Virus record (IMG/VR): IMGVR_UViG_3300050190_000017
Strand: one strand, 5' to 3'
Source of the DNA: a virus
Taxonomy: Duplodnaviria; Heunggongvirae; Uroviricota; Caudoviricetes
Length of the DNA stretch: 64,000 nt
Positions 16,921-26,224 of this stretch are shown in pieces. The translations under genes were made by a program, and so were the position numbers. The notes beneath the pieces were generated by a model. That model had not been told where the DNA came from, made no database searches, and saw only the letters and a list, made by a program, of their open reading frames with translations. How positions within the stretch are numbered: position 1 is the stretch's first letter; each line of letters starts with the position of its first letter.

Positions 16921-17239
16921 GGTAAGGTGGAAATTTCCAGGAAGTCACACTACACCCAGAGGTCGATAGCTCAAAGTGGGCACCTAGATCCTCAGTAACC
17001 CTTATATACACTTCGGCTACTACGTCAGGTCGGTCAACAACATTAGGTGGGTTATTAGAAGCGTCACAGGTAACTGTAATCTCTAGAGCTTCCGGAATAG
17101 CCTGGCTTACCTGAAGGAGCTTGGCACGTAACTCGTCCCACAGTTGATTGTCGATTATCCTAAAGGAGGTCACTGTAGTAACGTAAGCCGCTATGAGTTT
17201 CGTTCCTATACTCCTGTACAACGCTAGATCATGTGCCAT
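16916..17239 (-). CDS. Small protein resembling the extreme C-terminal subdomain of T4-like tail sheath
   Basis: ITVTCDASNNPPNVVDRPDVVAEVYIRV resembles the gp18-type VVCDxTNNTPxVIDRNEFVAxFYIxP segment. Confidence 0.5.
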   Translation of the reverse strand: MAHDLALYRSIGTKLIAAYVTTVTSFRIIDNQLWDELRAKLLQVSQAIPEALEITVTCDASNNPPNVVDRPDVVAEVYIRVTEDLGAHFELSTSGCSVTSWKFPPYL

Positions 17240-17508
17240 TAAATAATCTCCTTAGGATCAGCTTTATCAAGTTTGGTACGCATCTCGTTAACGTGCATAC
17301 AGTTGGCTCGGATATACTGTGAACCTCTGTAGCCTATACTCAACGCTACCACTGAGGGGTACGTATCAGGGTATCCTACTATGTCATCGGCTCTAGCAAA
17401 ATCCGGATAGTCCGTACCCGCGTAATGGCGGAGTGCCTGTTTGAATCCTGCTTGGGTTCGACACACGTAGAACCCTTGTCCGAGGTAGGTGAAATTAGGG
17501 AGGTCCAT
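17239..17508 (-). CDS. Hypothetical protein
   Basis: TAATG coupling on both sides. Confidence 0.6.
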   Translation of the reverse strand: MDLPNFTYLGQGFYVCRTQAGFKQALRHYAGTDYPDFARADDIVGYPDTYPSVVALSIGYRGSQYIRANCMHVNEMRTKLDKADPKEII

Positions 17509-18299
17509 TAAATGATCTCGATACGGCGTTTAACCAGCTTCTCACTGAAGTAGGCCAGTGCATTTACGGGCGAAAACAATTTTGTTGTAAGAAAGCTCAT
17601 TGGGTCTTCACCTGCTGAGACAATAACAATTGGGATTGTCGCAAATCGTTCAATCAAGTCTCGAGTCTTATCCAACTTCAACCCCGTAGCGTTAGGTGTC
17701 AGGTTAGAGAGCACCAGCATAGTCGGATCAGTCTTACCGTCTACTGGGTCATACTCCTTGAGTAACGGATTATCGAAACCTCCGTACACCGTATGCCACA
17801 CAACGTTTGCCTTAAGCCCTAGTGCTTGCTGGTGAATGTTTACTAGATAGGCCGCAAACAACTTAGCTTTCTGGTCGTCAGGATTACCTGATACACCGTA
17901 CACCATAGGGGTATCAGGGTCTCGCATGAACCGTAGTAACGAATCGTTCTGTACACGAGGCTCAACTATATGCTCGTTCAACTTCTCCGACTCACAAGCG
18001 AACGTTAAGGGATCCCACTTGAATGCCGATTGCCTCCATACTGAACCCGGTACAACTTCCCGCAGACCCGAACTCTGCTTAACCTCAATACGCTTTGGGA
18101 GTTCACCAACCTTGGGTCCCCACTGGGTAGGCTTCTGTCCAGGGACTACTCGACGTTCACTGGTAGCTACCTTAGCCTTAGCCGATGCTGCCTGTAGGTC
18201 TTCTGCAGTTGCTTCCTGCGAAGGATCATACTTAGGAATACGTGGTGTTCTCTTATACGGCGCAGTCTTCTTTGCAGGTCCAGCTTTCATCTCGCGCAT
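17508..18299 (-). CDS. Possible DnaC-like helicase loader with degenerate P-loop
   Basis: VYGVSGNPDDQKAKLFAAYL looks like a decayed Walker A; MLVLSNL occupies a Walker B-like position; near DnaB. Confidence 0.35.
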   Translation of the reverse strand: MREMKAGPAKKTAPYKRTPRIPKYDPSQEATAEDLQAASAKAKVATSERRVVPGQKPTQWGPKVGELPKRIEVKQSSGLREVVPGSVWRQSAFKWDPLTFACESEKLNEHIVEPRVQNDSLLRFMRDPDTPMVYGVSGNPDDQKAKLFAAYLVNIHQQALGLKANVVWHTVYGGFDNPLLKEYDPVDGKTDPTMLVLSNLTPNATGLKLDKTRDLIERFATIPIVIVSAGEDPMSFLTTKLFSPVNALAYFSEKLVKRRIEII

Positions 18300-19033
18300 A
18301 GAATCTCCAGGTCACGAGGAGCACCACCTAGGAATAGAAGGTTCCACATCGCGTATGTCTCTTTACAATCGTTAGGCATGACGAACGCTACCTTACCAGT
18401 CTTCGTTTCATACCGAATGTCCAAAACAATTGGCTTAATCGCCATGAGAGGTAGTATAGGAACTTCTATGCGCCATCCCCAATCCTCTACTATCTTGTAG
18501 CAGTACGGATCATTAGGGTCTATGCTGTAGAGGTTCTGAAGTTCTTGGTGACCGCGTATAACATGGGAGACCTTAGCTGCTGTCATGTTAAGCTGCTGAC
18601 CCAGTTCAGGGAACAACTCGAACTGCTTCTTTGCTATCAAATAGTTAACAGCGGTACTTACATCCTCTACTACTTCGTGTCCTGACATAAGATCGGGAAG
18701 ACGCCAAGGGCTCCCTTGAACCTCATTGCCCCATACTACATTACCTACGTAGTGCATGTTGAAGATAGGATTGTATCCTAGGGCCTGCACTTGGTCACGC
18801 TCTATCCCAGGTAGGTACTCTAGGTTAGCCCACTCAGGGCCAAACGCCCTAACAGTCTTGAGACCTGCCATGCCCGGGGTTTCATTATACACCGCGTTAA
18901 GGAAAAAATCCCAGTCCCATACGTAGGAGTACGGAAGTTCCTTTATGGGTACATAGTAATTCAAACCCGGAGGAGCCTGCTCGGTAGGGAATACGTTGGT
19001 GACGTTTATCTGTCGGAGTACCTTATAGGTCAT
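18287..19033 (-). CDS. Truncated tail-sheath C-terminal domain paralog
   Basis: ERDQVQALGYNPIF...NVVWG, KQFEL, IRGHQELQNLYS and IEVPILPLMAIKPIVLDI align by eye with the T4 gp18-type C-terminal domain. Confidence 0.55.
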   Translation of the reverse strand: MTYKVLRQINVTNVFPTEQAPPGLNYYVPIKELPYSYVWDWDFFLNAVYNETPGMAGLKTVRAFGPEWANLEYLPGIERDQVQALGYNPIFNMHYVGNVVWGNEVQGSPWRLPDLMSGHEVVEDVSTAVNYLIAKKQFELFPELGQQLNMTAAKVSHVIRGHQELQNLYSIDPNDPYCYKIVEDWGWRIEVPILPLMAIKPIVLDIRYETKTGKVAFVMPNDCKETYAMWNLLFLGGAPRDLEILCAR

Positions 19034-19217
19034 TAGCGTCTCCCGGTAGTAGCCCTACGTTGTTTCTTACGCTTGTTGAACGCCATACGCTGCCTACGAC
19101 GTAGGAGAGCACTATCGTAAAACCAGTTAGCATTTGTATTGAACCTCCATCGCATCCGTAAATGAGTAGTCATTAGCGTCTCCCTGTAGTAGCCCTACGT
19201 TGTTTCTTACGCTTGTT
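19029..19217. repeat. 49-bp direct repeat (19029-19077 and 19169-19217, one mismatch)
   Basis: GTCATTAGCGTCTCCC(G/T)GTAGTAGCCCTACGTTGTTTCTTACGCTTGTT occurs twice, 140 nt apart. Confidence 0.95.
19033..19173 (-). CDS. Unlisted 46-aa Arg-rich ORF (MTTHLRMRWRFNTNANWFYDSALLRRRQRMAFNKRKKQRRATTGRR)
   Basis: Translated by hand; TAATG-coupled to genes on both sides; 141 nt. Confidence 0.55.
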   Translation of the reverse strand: MTTHLRMRWRFNTNANWFYDSALLRRRQRMAFNKRKKQRRATTGRR

Positions 19218-19436
19218 CATCTTCTTACGTGAAGCTGTAATGTAGGTCTTTATCTTAAAATGCAGCCGCTCATCCTCTTCTTCCTCAATGTCCATAACGA
19301 AGAGTTGTACATTTGCTTCATCCCCAGGGAACTTACAATAGGACTCCAGTCGTTGGCGATACTGCTCACGAGTTTCCCCTAAGTGCTGCTTCAACCACTC
19401 AGGACATTCCAAATCTTCTTTAGTAATCGTAACCAT
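19173..19436 (-). CDS. Hypothetical protein with basic NKRKKQRRATTGRR tail
   Basis: ORF track; same C-terminal 14 aa as the next small ORF. Confidence 0.65.
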   Translation of the reverse strand: MVTITKEDLECPEWLKQHLGETREQYRQRLESYCKFPGDEANVQLFVMDIEEEEDERLHFKIKTYITASRKKMNKRKKQRRATTGRR

Positions 19437-19438
19437 TA

Positions 19439-19585
19439 TTATAGCTCGTAGTGTTGAGTGTTAGCTGGCTTAGACTTCAGATATGACTTGAGGGCTTCAA
19501 AGTCCTTATCCTGAATGACTGGCCTAAACTTAGGGATCAGTACTCGATGGATCTCATTAGCAAGGCAGCGTTTACGCACCTGCAT
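19439..19585 (-). pseudogene. Remnant second copy of the SF2 helicase C-terminus (48 aa)
   Basis: MQVRKRCLANEIHRVLIPKFRPVIQDKDFEALKSYLKSK aligns with helicase VGVRRNCLRNEWYHCVLPKFRPVVSEVDTQVLKSYLSGK. Confidence 0.75.
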
Positions 19586-19586
19586 T

Positions 19587-20837
19587 TCATATAAGTCCGT
19601 GTGCCTGTAGAACAAACTTACGTTGTTTGCCACTCGCTATGTCACTAACAGTCTTTAAACTAACCCCGAAGCGTTCTGCAAACTTCTTTCTAACATTAAG
19701 GGTATCCTTATACTTTTGACATTTGAGAAATATTTCTACAACCTGTCTGTCCGTTATTTTTGTAACTTTGCTATTCGCGGCACCCGCCCTGAGCTTAGCT
19801 CTATAGTCAGCTTCATATTCAGCTGTACGAGAATCCCGAGTGGCTTGCCTCTTTTCCTCGTCAGCCTCTTTATCCTCGGATGTCTTCCGCGCGGCAGCAT
19901 TACGTAGATTTTCTCTGATTTCCAGCTTTTCTTTATCACTCTTTCTCGCCATTGTTTCGGCTCTTTTATTCTTTATTACTAATTTCTCCTCATCGCTTTT
20001 CTTAGCGTATGCCTCTGCTCTTTTCCTATTTGCTTCTTCGTAGTCTGTGTTGGCTACAGTGGCGGCAGTGCTTACGAGCACTTCTGCCGGGTCTCTACTA
20101 GCGTGCGTAAGAATTTTCTTTTGTCGAATTTCTTCCAGTTCTTCGTCACTCTTCTTCGACCAGGTTTCCTGTTTACGTTGCCGGGTATCTAGTTTCGCCC
20201 CATCTGGGCGAGTTAGCATGGACTGTACTCTTTTAGCAGTAATACGTTTCTTCTCTTTTGCTGGCTTACTATTCCAGGCGGATAGTGCATGCTCTCGTCG
20301 ATCTGCACTGCAGGTAAAGCCCCTGCCGTCTGATGCTATGTTAGTAAGTATTCCAGATTTGTCGTTTAATTGACCTAAGGCCTCTATAAGGATCTCTTCC
20401 TTACCTAAGGCGATAGGTTCTATAAGAGCATCGGAGAATTTATAAGTTATCACCTTTAATCCTGCCGCCTGAATAGCTAGTATAGTGTCTACCTTGGAAC
20501 TAGGATTATGTGGGTTCTTCTCCCTGTACTTATGAGCAGCGTTCTCGTGGTTGTACATACGATTGCCCTTCCCCTTCCCAACATAGAATGGTTCGTAGGA
20601 GAATGTTATTTGCTTAGTCGCAATCCAGTACGTATAGGGACCCGGCTTTCGAGGATCCAGTAGGGCATAGGCGTAGAACTCTTTCTTCAAAGAGAGTGTA
20701 TGCCCCCTGGTATTTGCGTCATCTAGTAGATTGTAAGCAATAGCTAGTACCTGCCCGTCTACCTCAGGGTACTTAGAGTGTCTCCACCGCTTCTCGTAAG
20801 GCTCTAGCGCCTTCTCTTGCGCCTTAGTTATTATCAT
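19587..20837 (-). mobile_element. Free-standing GIY-YIG (LEM-3-like) homing endonuclease
   Basis: FYAYALLDPRKPG...PFYVGKGKGNR...E...GILTN catalytic domain; long K/E/R-rich repetitive DNA-binding tail ending in an HTH-like segment. Confidence 0.8.
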
Positions 20838-22378
20838 AACTCTGTGTACTCCTGTCTAGACTCTTTACCGGAAAGATAGGATTTTAAAACTTGCGTATCT
20901 ACTTCTGAGACAACAGGTCTAAACTTTGGTAGTACGCAATGATACCATTCATTGCGTAAACAATTTCTACGTACGCCCACTGAGTCCAAAAAGTAGCGCA
21001 CTACCGGTAAGGGTTTATCAGCGTACGGCGTCAATATGCGCGACACTCGTTGCTCGCAGTTCTCCAAATTTGAACTCGGCGTCACATCGTATAGACACGA
21101 TGCTCTAGGGATGTTTATACCTGTGGATACCATCTTCGCATTACCCACGATCACCTTGATCTTGTACTCGCGAGCTTTCTGGATATAGACGTCACGGAGC
21201 TTGTTGCCATTCTTGTCCTTGCCCAAGCCGCCCCAGAAGGCTACTGCTATTGTCTTCCCTGCCAGTTTATTTATAGCCATAACCAATGCTTTGACTGGAA
21301 TGATCTGCGCCAGGGGTATGATAATCATGTGCCCGGCTTTAGCGTCCTTCACCGCCCACTGCGCTATCAACTTCAAACGCTTTGGGTCTTTCTCGATGGA
21401 GGATACCATGCGAACCCAAGGCACTTGCCCCTTACTCTTCTGCACATAGCCTGTGCGTACTAATCTAACGTGTGGGCGTAACCGCTCTACCTTAGCCTCA
21501 TATAGATTCGGACCCATGAGGGCACGCATCAACGAGAAGCGACCGTCCTTACGATTAGGTGTACCGGACAAACCAATCTTGTATTCGCAATTGATCGAGG
21601 CCAACACTCGTGCATACTTTGGAGCACCGCCTGTATGGATTTCATCGACCACGATAACCGGGAACCAATCCCTGATCTTGCGGAGTAGCTTCTGGCCTTT
21701 CTCACTCCAGAAGGTCTGTACCGTTACCAGACATACATCGTACTTCTTGAAATCCTCTAGCGTCTTAGCGAATCCAATCTGAGAGGGCTTGCAGTTGGTT
21801 AGCGGTGCTTGGGTACCTGAACCAATGAAGGTTTCTTGGAATCCTACAAGCCAGTCACGCTGTGAAGCCATGATGATTGTCTTCTTACCAATCTCACAAA
21901 TGGCAGCGGTGCTCAACACAGTCTTACCAGATCGCGGCGGTGCCTTAACAACACCTCGCTTCTTTTTCTTGATAGCATCCACCGCCTCTCGTTGGAAGTC
22001 CTTAAGAACACCAGTGAACTTGAACTTCCGTTTCATCTCGTGCTGAGGGTAGTGCTTCTTTACCTTGAACTCAATGTCATGTTTGTTCAACACCTTGACC
22101 AAGCCAGCTGAGTCTCCAATAGGCGTCTTAATGTAACGTGAATCGCCCAGCTTAACTTCCTGGGCTAACTGCGCTCCACCTTTATACGCTGCACATTCAT
22201 CGCACGTCTCGAGATGCCTACCAGGGGCTTCTAGCCGCTCCTGATAGAACTCACACTGGGCGCACGCCTTCTCCTCATAGAACCTAAAGGTGAACTTATC
22301 GATTAACTCCTCACGTAGCTCCCGAGGGATTGATTCTCTTTTGATGTATATGGCCTCGCGAGCCTGTAGGGTAATCAT
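20834..22378 (-). CDS. Superfamily 2 DNA helicase (UvsW/ResIII-like)
   Basis: LKDFQREAV, APPRSGKT (Walker A), VVDEIH (DExH), GLSGTP, STGINIP, QRVSRI. Confidence 0.9.
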   Translation of the reverse strand: MITLQAREAIYIKRESIPRELREELIDKFTFRFYEEKACAQCEFYQERLEAPGRHLETCDECAAYKGGAQLAQEVKLGDSRYIKTPIGDSAGLVKVLNKHDIEFKVKKHYPQHEMKRKFKFTGVLKDFQREAVDAIKKKKRGVVKAPPRSGKTVLSTAAICEIGKKTIIMASQRDWLVGFQETFIGSGTQAPLTNCKPSQIGFAKTLEDFKKYDVCLVTVQTFWSEKGQKLLRKIRDWFPVIVVDEIHTGGAPKYARVLASINCEYKIGLSGTPNRKDGRFSLMRALMGPNLYEAKVERLRPHVRLVRTGYVQKSKGQVPWVRMVSSIEKDPKRLKLIAQWAVKDAKAGHMIIIPLAQIIPVKALVMAINKLAGKTIAVAFWGGLGKDKNGNKLRDVYIQKAREYKIKVIVGNAKMVSTGINIPRASCLYDVTPSSNLENCEQRVSRILTPYADKPLPVVRYFLDSVGVRRNCLRNEWYHCVLPKFRPVVSEVDTQVLKSYLSGKESRQEYTEL

Positions 22379-22415
22379 AGTGTACTCGATGTAAGTCAGT
22401 GAAGCTAAGAAGCGA

Positions 22416-22838
22416 TCAGGGAGTGATCGTTAGTGTGAGGCTATTGGCATTAGCCAGGGAACTAATATCCAAGCTCTTCAGTGCTGCGTCACTTGCATTG
22501 TAGCTATTTACATTTGCATTCCCATTGTAACCATTGACCGAAGCCTTCAACGTGAAGTGCATTCCGGCAGGCACCGCGCTGTTAGTGTAGGTCTGTGCAA
22601 TCAATGGGAGTACAGATAGCGCCACCTGATTAGTAAGTACGATTGACTTCGCCAGGTTCTGGGTCTGCATGAAACTCAAGATCTGTAGAAAATCTGTGTA
22701 GGTAGCAGCAGAACTAACATAGGTAGTAGCTGCCCCACGGTTATCTGTTTGGGTAGCACACAGAATGTTCCAGTCGGTATCATCCACCAGCATAACTAAT
22801 GACTGGTTGGGCCGTGCGTCTACTGTGAGGTACGTCAT
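22416..22838 (-). CDS. Hypothetical protein, virion-like composition
   Basis: T/N/S/A-rich and Lys-poor 140 aa ORF; GTGA/ATGA coupling. Confidence 0.55.
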   Translation of the reverse strand: MTYLTVDARPNQSLVMLVDDTDWNILCATQTDNRGAATTYVSSAATYTDFLQILSFMQTQNLAKSIVLTNQVALSVLPLIAQTYTNSAVPAGMHFTLKASVNGYNGNANVNSYNASDAALKSLDISSLANANSLTLTITP

Positions 22839-23386
22839 AAGGTTTTTCCTTTTGCATTCATTACTAGTTCAAGCAAGTCTACCATGCGGCCCATGCTAAA
22901 GTTCGACTGGTCCACATCTTTTATCAACTGGTCCAGCATTTCCAGTAGGGACTTACCGTCCGTAATCAAGTCCATTGCCACACCCTGAACTCGTTCTACC
23001 AAAGCCTTTCGTTGTTGCTCGTTAGAGAAGCCTCGAAGTTCGTCGTAGTACTGAGTAAAGATATGCCGCTTGATCGCGTCACAGGCTTCATCTAACAGAT
23101 TCAAATGAATTGAAGCCTGCACCCGAATGTGTACCCAACGGCTCCGTGCTGCCATGTCGTTAGCTTCTGCTTCGAGTAGGGAACGTGCGCTATACTGCTT
23201 CTTGCCGTACAGTGTGCCTGAGGTTCTGGCCAAGTGTAGGGCTAGTGCCTCGTTGCGATCATTCTCAATCTTTAGACGTTCGCTTGCTCGCTGAACAACC
23301 AACTTGAACTTCTTATATTTTGGATCAGCGCGAATTGTCTTAAGCAGATTATCAACGCTAAATTCTTCCTTCGGTGCTCTAGCCAT
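22835..23386 (-). CDS. Helical hypothetical protein (possible recombination mediator)
   Basis: 183 aa, charged and helical; near the SF2 helicase; function inferred from position only. Confidence 0.5.
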   Translation of the reverse strand: MARAPKEEFSVDNLLKTIRADPKYKKFKLVVQRASERLKIENDRNEALALHLARTSGTLYGKKQYSARSLLEAEANDMAARSRWVHIRVQASIHLNLLDEACDAIKRHIFTQYYDELRGFSNEQQRKALVERVQGVAMDLITDGKSLLEMLDQLIKDVDQSNFSMGRMVDLLELVMNAKGKTL

Positions 23387-23838
23387 TATTGTTCGTCCAA
23401 GACACTTTTCATATCCTCTCCTATATGAGGACTCACGATTAAAGTCCCACGGTTCGGGAACGAGTAAATCACGAGCGTATCAGTCTTAACCAAGACCTCT
23501 ACAGTCGAAGCCTTACCAACACCCTTCTCGAGGTAGGCCATTATGTACCCACCCTTATTTGAGACTTGAAACTCGGAGTCGAATACGTAGCCTACCTTCT
23601 GCCCGTCAAGCATTAGCCAATGTGCTTTGAATAAGCAGAGGATCGGGATCCTAGGTCCCACCTGGAGAACTGTACCCTGCTTCACCTTCTGGAGATACAG
23701 GGTACAGCCTGCTTCGGTAGTATAGAAGAAGTGCGGATCACTGTCCAGCTTAACGATGAAATCCTCTACGTCGGGAACCGGAGGGGCTTTGGTAATAGCC
23801 CCTCCTTGCTTTTCTATTAGCTTGTCGAAGAGGCCCAT
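23386..23838 (-). CDS. Hypothetical protein
   Basis: GGAG RBS; TAATG coupling. Confidence 0.6.
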   Translation of the reverse strand: MGLFDKLIEKQGGAITKAPPVPDVEDFIVKLDSDPHFFYTTEAGCTLYLQKVKQGTVLQVGPRIPILCLFKAHWLMLDGQKVGYVFDSEFQVSNKGGYIMAYLEKGVGKASTVEVLVKTDTLVIYSFPNRGTLIVSPHIGEDMKSVLDEQ

Positions 23839-23847
23839 TACTTACTC

Positions 23848-24942
23848 CTAGCTCTGCTGATTAAGGGCAACCAAAACATGGGAAGTTTTAGTACTGAAAC
23901 ATGCGAACGCTTCCGATACCACCTTGAATACAACTGACTCAGGGCACTTCGATACGGCCTCACTCAAAAATTCATAATCAATAGCGAACGATTGTTTCGA
24001 CTTCACCGCTGCTTTGATAGTGGACTTGGCTGTACCGTTAGTCGTCTTGACTACCAGATTCAGTTTACCTGGTTCAGTAGTAATCAGAACTTCCGAACGT
24101 TCCTTGGTGGACACCGACCGTGCGTTTTCCAAGAAGGCGGTAACGTCAGACTTAGCAACTTCGATCTGCGTACCATCGGCCTTCAACGCTTCCTTAGCTT
24201 TACCCATAACGGCTGAGGTTCCAATCTGTGCATCGTCCTCAGTGGAAGGTAAGGAAAGCGTAACGTCCACGATTTTATTCTTTACCAAGAGCGACGACTG
24301 GGTGACCGTCATCTTGAAGGGCAGCTTATTGAACGTATCCAACACCGCATTTAGGGTCTCGATAGGGAGCGTGACGTCCAAGTCGCCTTTGACTTCCTTA
24401 TCATTGATGAATGCCATGTGCTGGTTATCGTAACAGGAAACGAATGCTCCCTTATCGCTGAGTTTAACAGAGACCGGCATGAATGCTGTGATGTTAGCTG
24501 TAGGCTTCAACTGTACTTGAGACACTGCGGTCTTCAACCATTGAGCTTGGTCAACAGTTAGTTTCCATACTTGACCCTTCTCCTCAGCCTGCTCTTCCAT
24601 AGCAATCGCGTCAACAGTGGTAAGAGATGCCGAGTAACGACCACTCTTAACATTCAACATCGTCTTATCATAGGTCATGGACAGTTCATCGTGACCCTTG
24701 GTTGCATCACGTAGGGCTTCGGTGCCGATGGCAAACAGTGCTTTACCTTTTACTTCACAGGGAAGGAGAATCGAACAACGGGAGAGCTCGCCGGCAGAGT
24801 GGAGGAACAACTTAGCGCCGTCGGCCATGATGGTGACGTTACCACTAACAGGCGGACTAAGACGGAGAGCAACTCGAAGTGCTTCCTGCAAAATTGGAGC
24901 GGAGATCGTAACGTTCATAGTAGTACTCGGGAAGGGTTTCAA
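23848..24942 (-). CDS. dnaN: Bacterial-type sliding clamp (DNA Pol III beta-like); start may be ATG 24918
   Basis: About 360 aa; VTISAPILQEAL...NVTIMADGAKLFL...LNVKSGRYSASL pattern matches the three-domain beta clamp; loader genes nearby. Confidence 0.72.
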   Translation of the reverse strand: MKPFPSTTMNVTISAPILQEALRVALRLSPPVSGNVTIMADGAKLFLHSAGELSRCSILLPCEVKGKALFAIGTEALRDATKGHDELSMTYDKTMLNVKSGRYSASLTTVDAIAMEEQAEEKGQVWKLTVDQAQWLKTAVSQVQLKPTANITAFMPVSVKLSDKGAFVSCYDNQHMAFINDKEVKGDLDVTLPIETLNAVLDTFNKLPFKMTVTQSSLLVKNKIVDVTLSLPSTEDDAQIGTSAVMGKAKEALKADGTQIEVAKSDVTAFLENARSVSTKERSEVLITTEPGKLNLVVKTTNGTAKSTIKAAVKSKQSFAIDYEFLSEAVSKCPESVVFKVVSEAFACFSTKTSHVLVALNQQS

Positions 24943-24948
24943 ATCTTA

Positions 24949-24956
24949 TATTTACA
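24949..24956 (-). promoter_or_regulatory. Candidate promoter TGTAAATA upstream of the clamp
   Basis: Recurrent octamer. Confidence 0.5.
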
Positions 24957-24964
24957 GTCTTATA

Positions 24965-25789
24965 TTAGACTACGGTAAGGGTAAGCGTCACCGGGGTTGT
25001 GTTGCCTAGGTTGTCCGACACCGCGAAGTCGAATAAGTAGGTTCCAGCAGTCGGATCGGCTAGGCGTAGAATACGCACCGTATCAAACATTGCAGCACCT
25101 CCTGGCACAATGATCTGAGCACCCTGAGCCTGAACAACTGAAGCCTTGAAGAAACCACCTGCTGGATTACTAACGGTAGAGATCGACAGAGGGATAACTT
25201 CTTGGCCAGGGGTGTATCCAGGAGTCTGCTGTAGAGTAGCATTGAAGAGCTGAAGCCAGTTGAAATCAATAAAAGATCCAGAGGAGAAAGCTGCGAGGTT
25301 GCTAGTAGTAGCCCACCGCATTGTTGCGTCAGTCACAGTAGGAGCTCCTTGACCGGCAGGTGCTGCATACACATACTTATCCATGTTGAACTTAAGGCTT
25401 TCAATGAACGTACCATACCCAAAGTGCTGCAGCCACCCAGAGGTAGGCATCGACCACCACGAGTAATAGCCAACACTCTGATTGGAATAGGCGTTAACGA
25501 ACTCCTTAAAGCCAAGCCACGGCTGCAAGGGAGTTTGCAATGGAGAGTACACCGCAGCCATATACTGGGACACTGGATTCATGTCGTAGCTGTTAGTGAC
25601 CTTAGGGGGCAACGTCACGGTAGTGATTGCCACTGTACCATCCGGGAGCTCGTAGGTAGTTTCCGACCCCTCGAAAGTAAAAGAGGCGATCGGGAAGAAC
25701 CCAAAGGCTTTACCGTAGGTGTCCAAGATAGGAATGATGGTCTGCGTGGAGGGCGCCGTTAAAGGCAACCCGAATTGGATCTTCGACAT
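24965..25789 (-). CDS. Putative virion structural protein (start reassigned to ATG 25789)
   Basis: AAGGA RBS before MSKIQFGLP; T/P/S-rich and Lys-poor; Ig-like C-terminal strand pattern. Confidence 0.55.
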   Translation of the reverse strand: MSKIQFGLPLTAPSTQTIIPILDTYGKAFGFFPIASFTFEGSETTYELPDGTVAITTVTLPPKVTNSYDMNPVSQYMAAVYSPLQTPLQPWLGFKEFVNAYSNQSVGYYSWWSMPTSGWLQHFGYGTFIESLKFNMDKYVYAAPAGQGAPTVTDATMRWATTSNLAAFSSGSFIDFNWLQLFNATLQQTPGYTPGQEVIPLSISTVSNPAGGFFKASVVQAQGAQIIVPGGAAMFDTVRILRLADPTAGTYLFDFAVSDNLGNTTPVTLTLTVV

Positions 25790-25820
25790 TGTGTGGTCCT
25801 TACGAAGTTGGAGCTTCAGC

Positions 25821-26195
25821 TCACGAAGTGGCAATAGTAACTGGGGCGAAGGTGATACGTGTTTCGTTCAACGTAATACCGTACACTCCCATACCGTTAG
25901 TAGGGTCGGGTTCAACTAATGCCGAGGTATCAGAGTACTCAGAGGTATCTACAGGTTGACGATAGATGATCTTCACTTCTTGGAGTTGTTGGTTGGTGAC
26001 AGCGACGGCCTGTTGCAGCGTATCGAACGGAGTGATAGCGTAGCTAACCGGAACACCCATCAACGTAATGGTAGGAGCAACCTGTACCGGTTGAAACTGA
26101 CCGTTCGAGAAAACGAAATCGGTGTCAAGAACGTCCATTAGGAGTTCTGGTTGGTTTGGGGTGATCGGTAAAAGGGTAAGTCTAATAAAAGCCAT
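25821..26195 (-). CDS. Putative virion structural protein
   Basis: GAGG RBS; beta-rich, one Lys; AATTTCATA motif upstream. Confidence 0.55.
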   Translation of the reverse strand: MAFIRLTLLPITPNQPELLMDVLDTDFVFSNGQFQPVQVAPTITLMGVPVSYAITPFDTLQQAVAVTNQQLQEVKIIYRQPVDTSEYSDTSALVEPDPTNGMGVYGITLNETRITFAPVTIATS

Positions 26196-26224
26196 TGAGA
26201 ACCTCGGTTAGTCTAAGGGGACTG

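Noticed and set aside
19029-19217. CRISPR-like array
   Set aside because: Only two copies of a 49-bp repeat, both protein-coding, with no cas genes adjacent.
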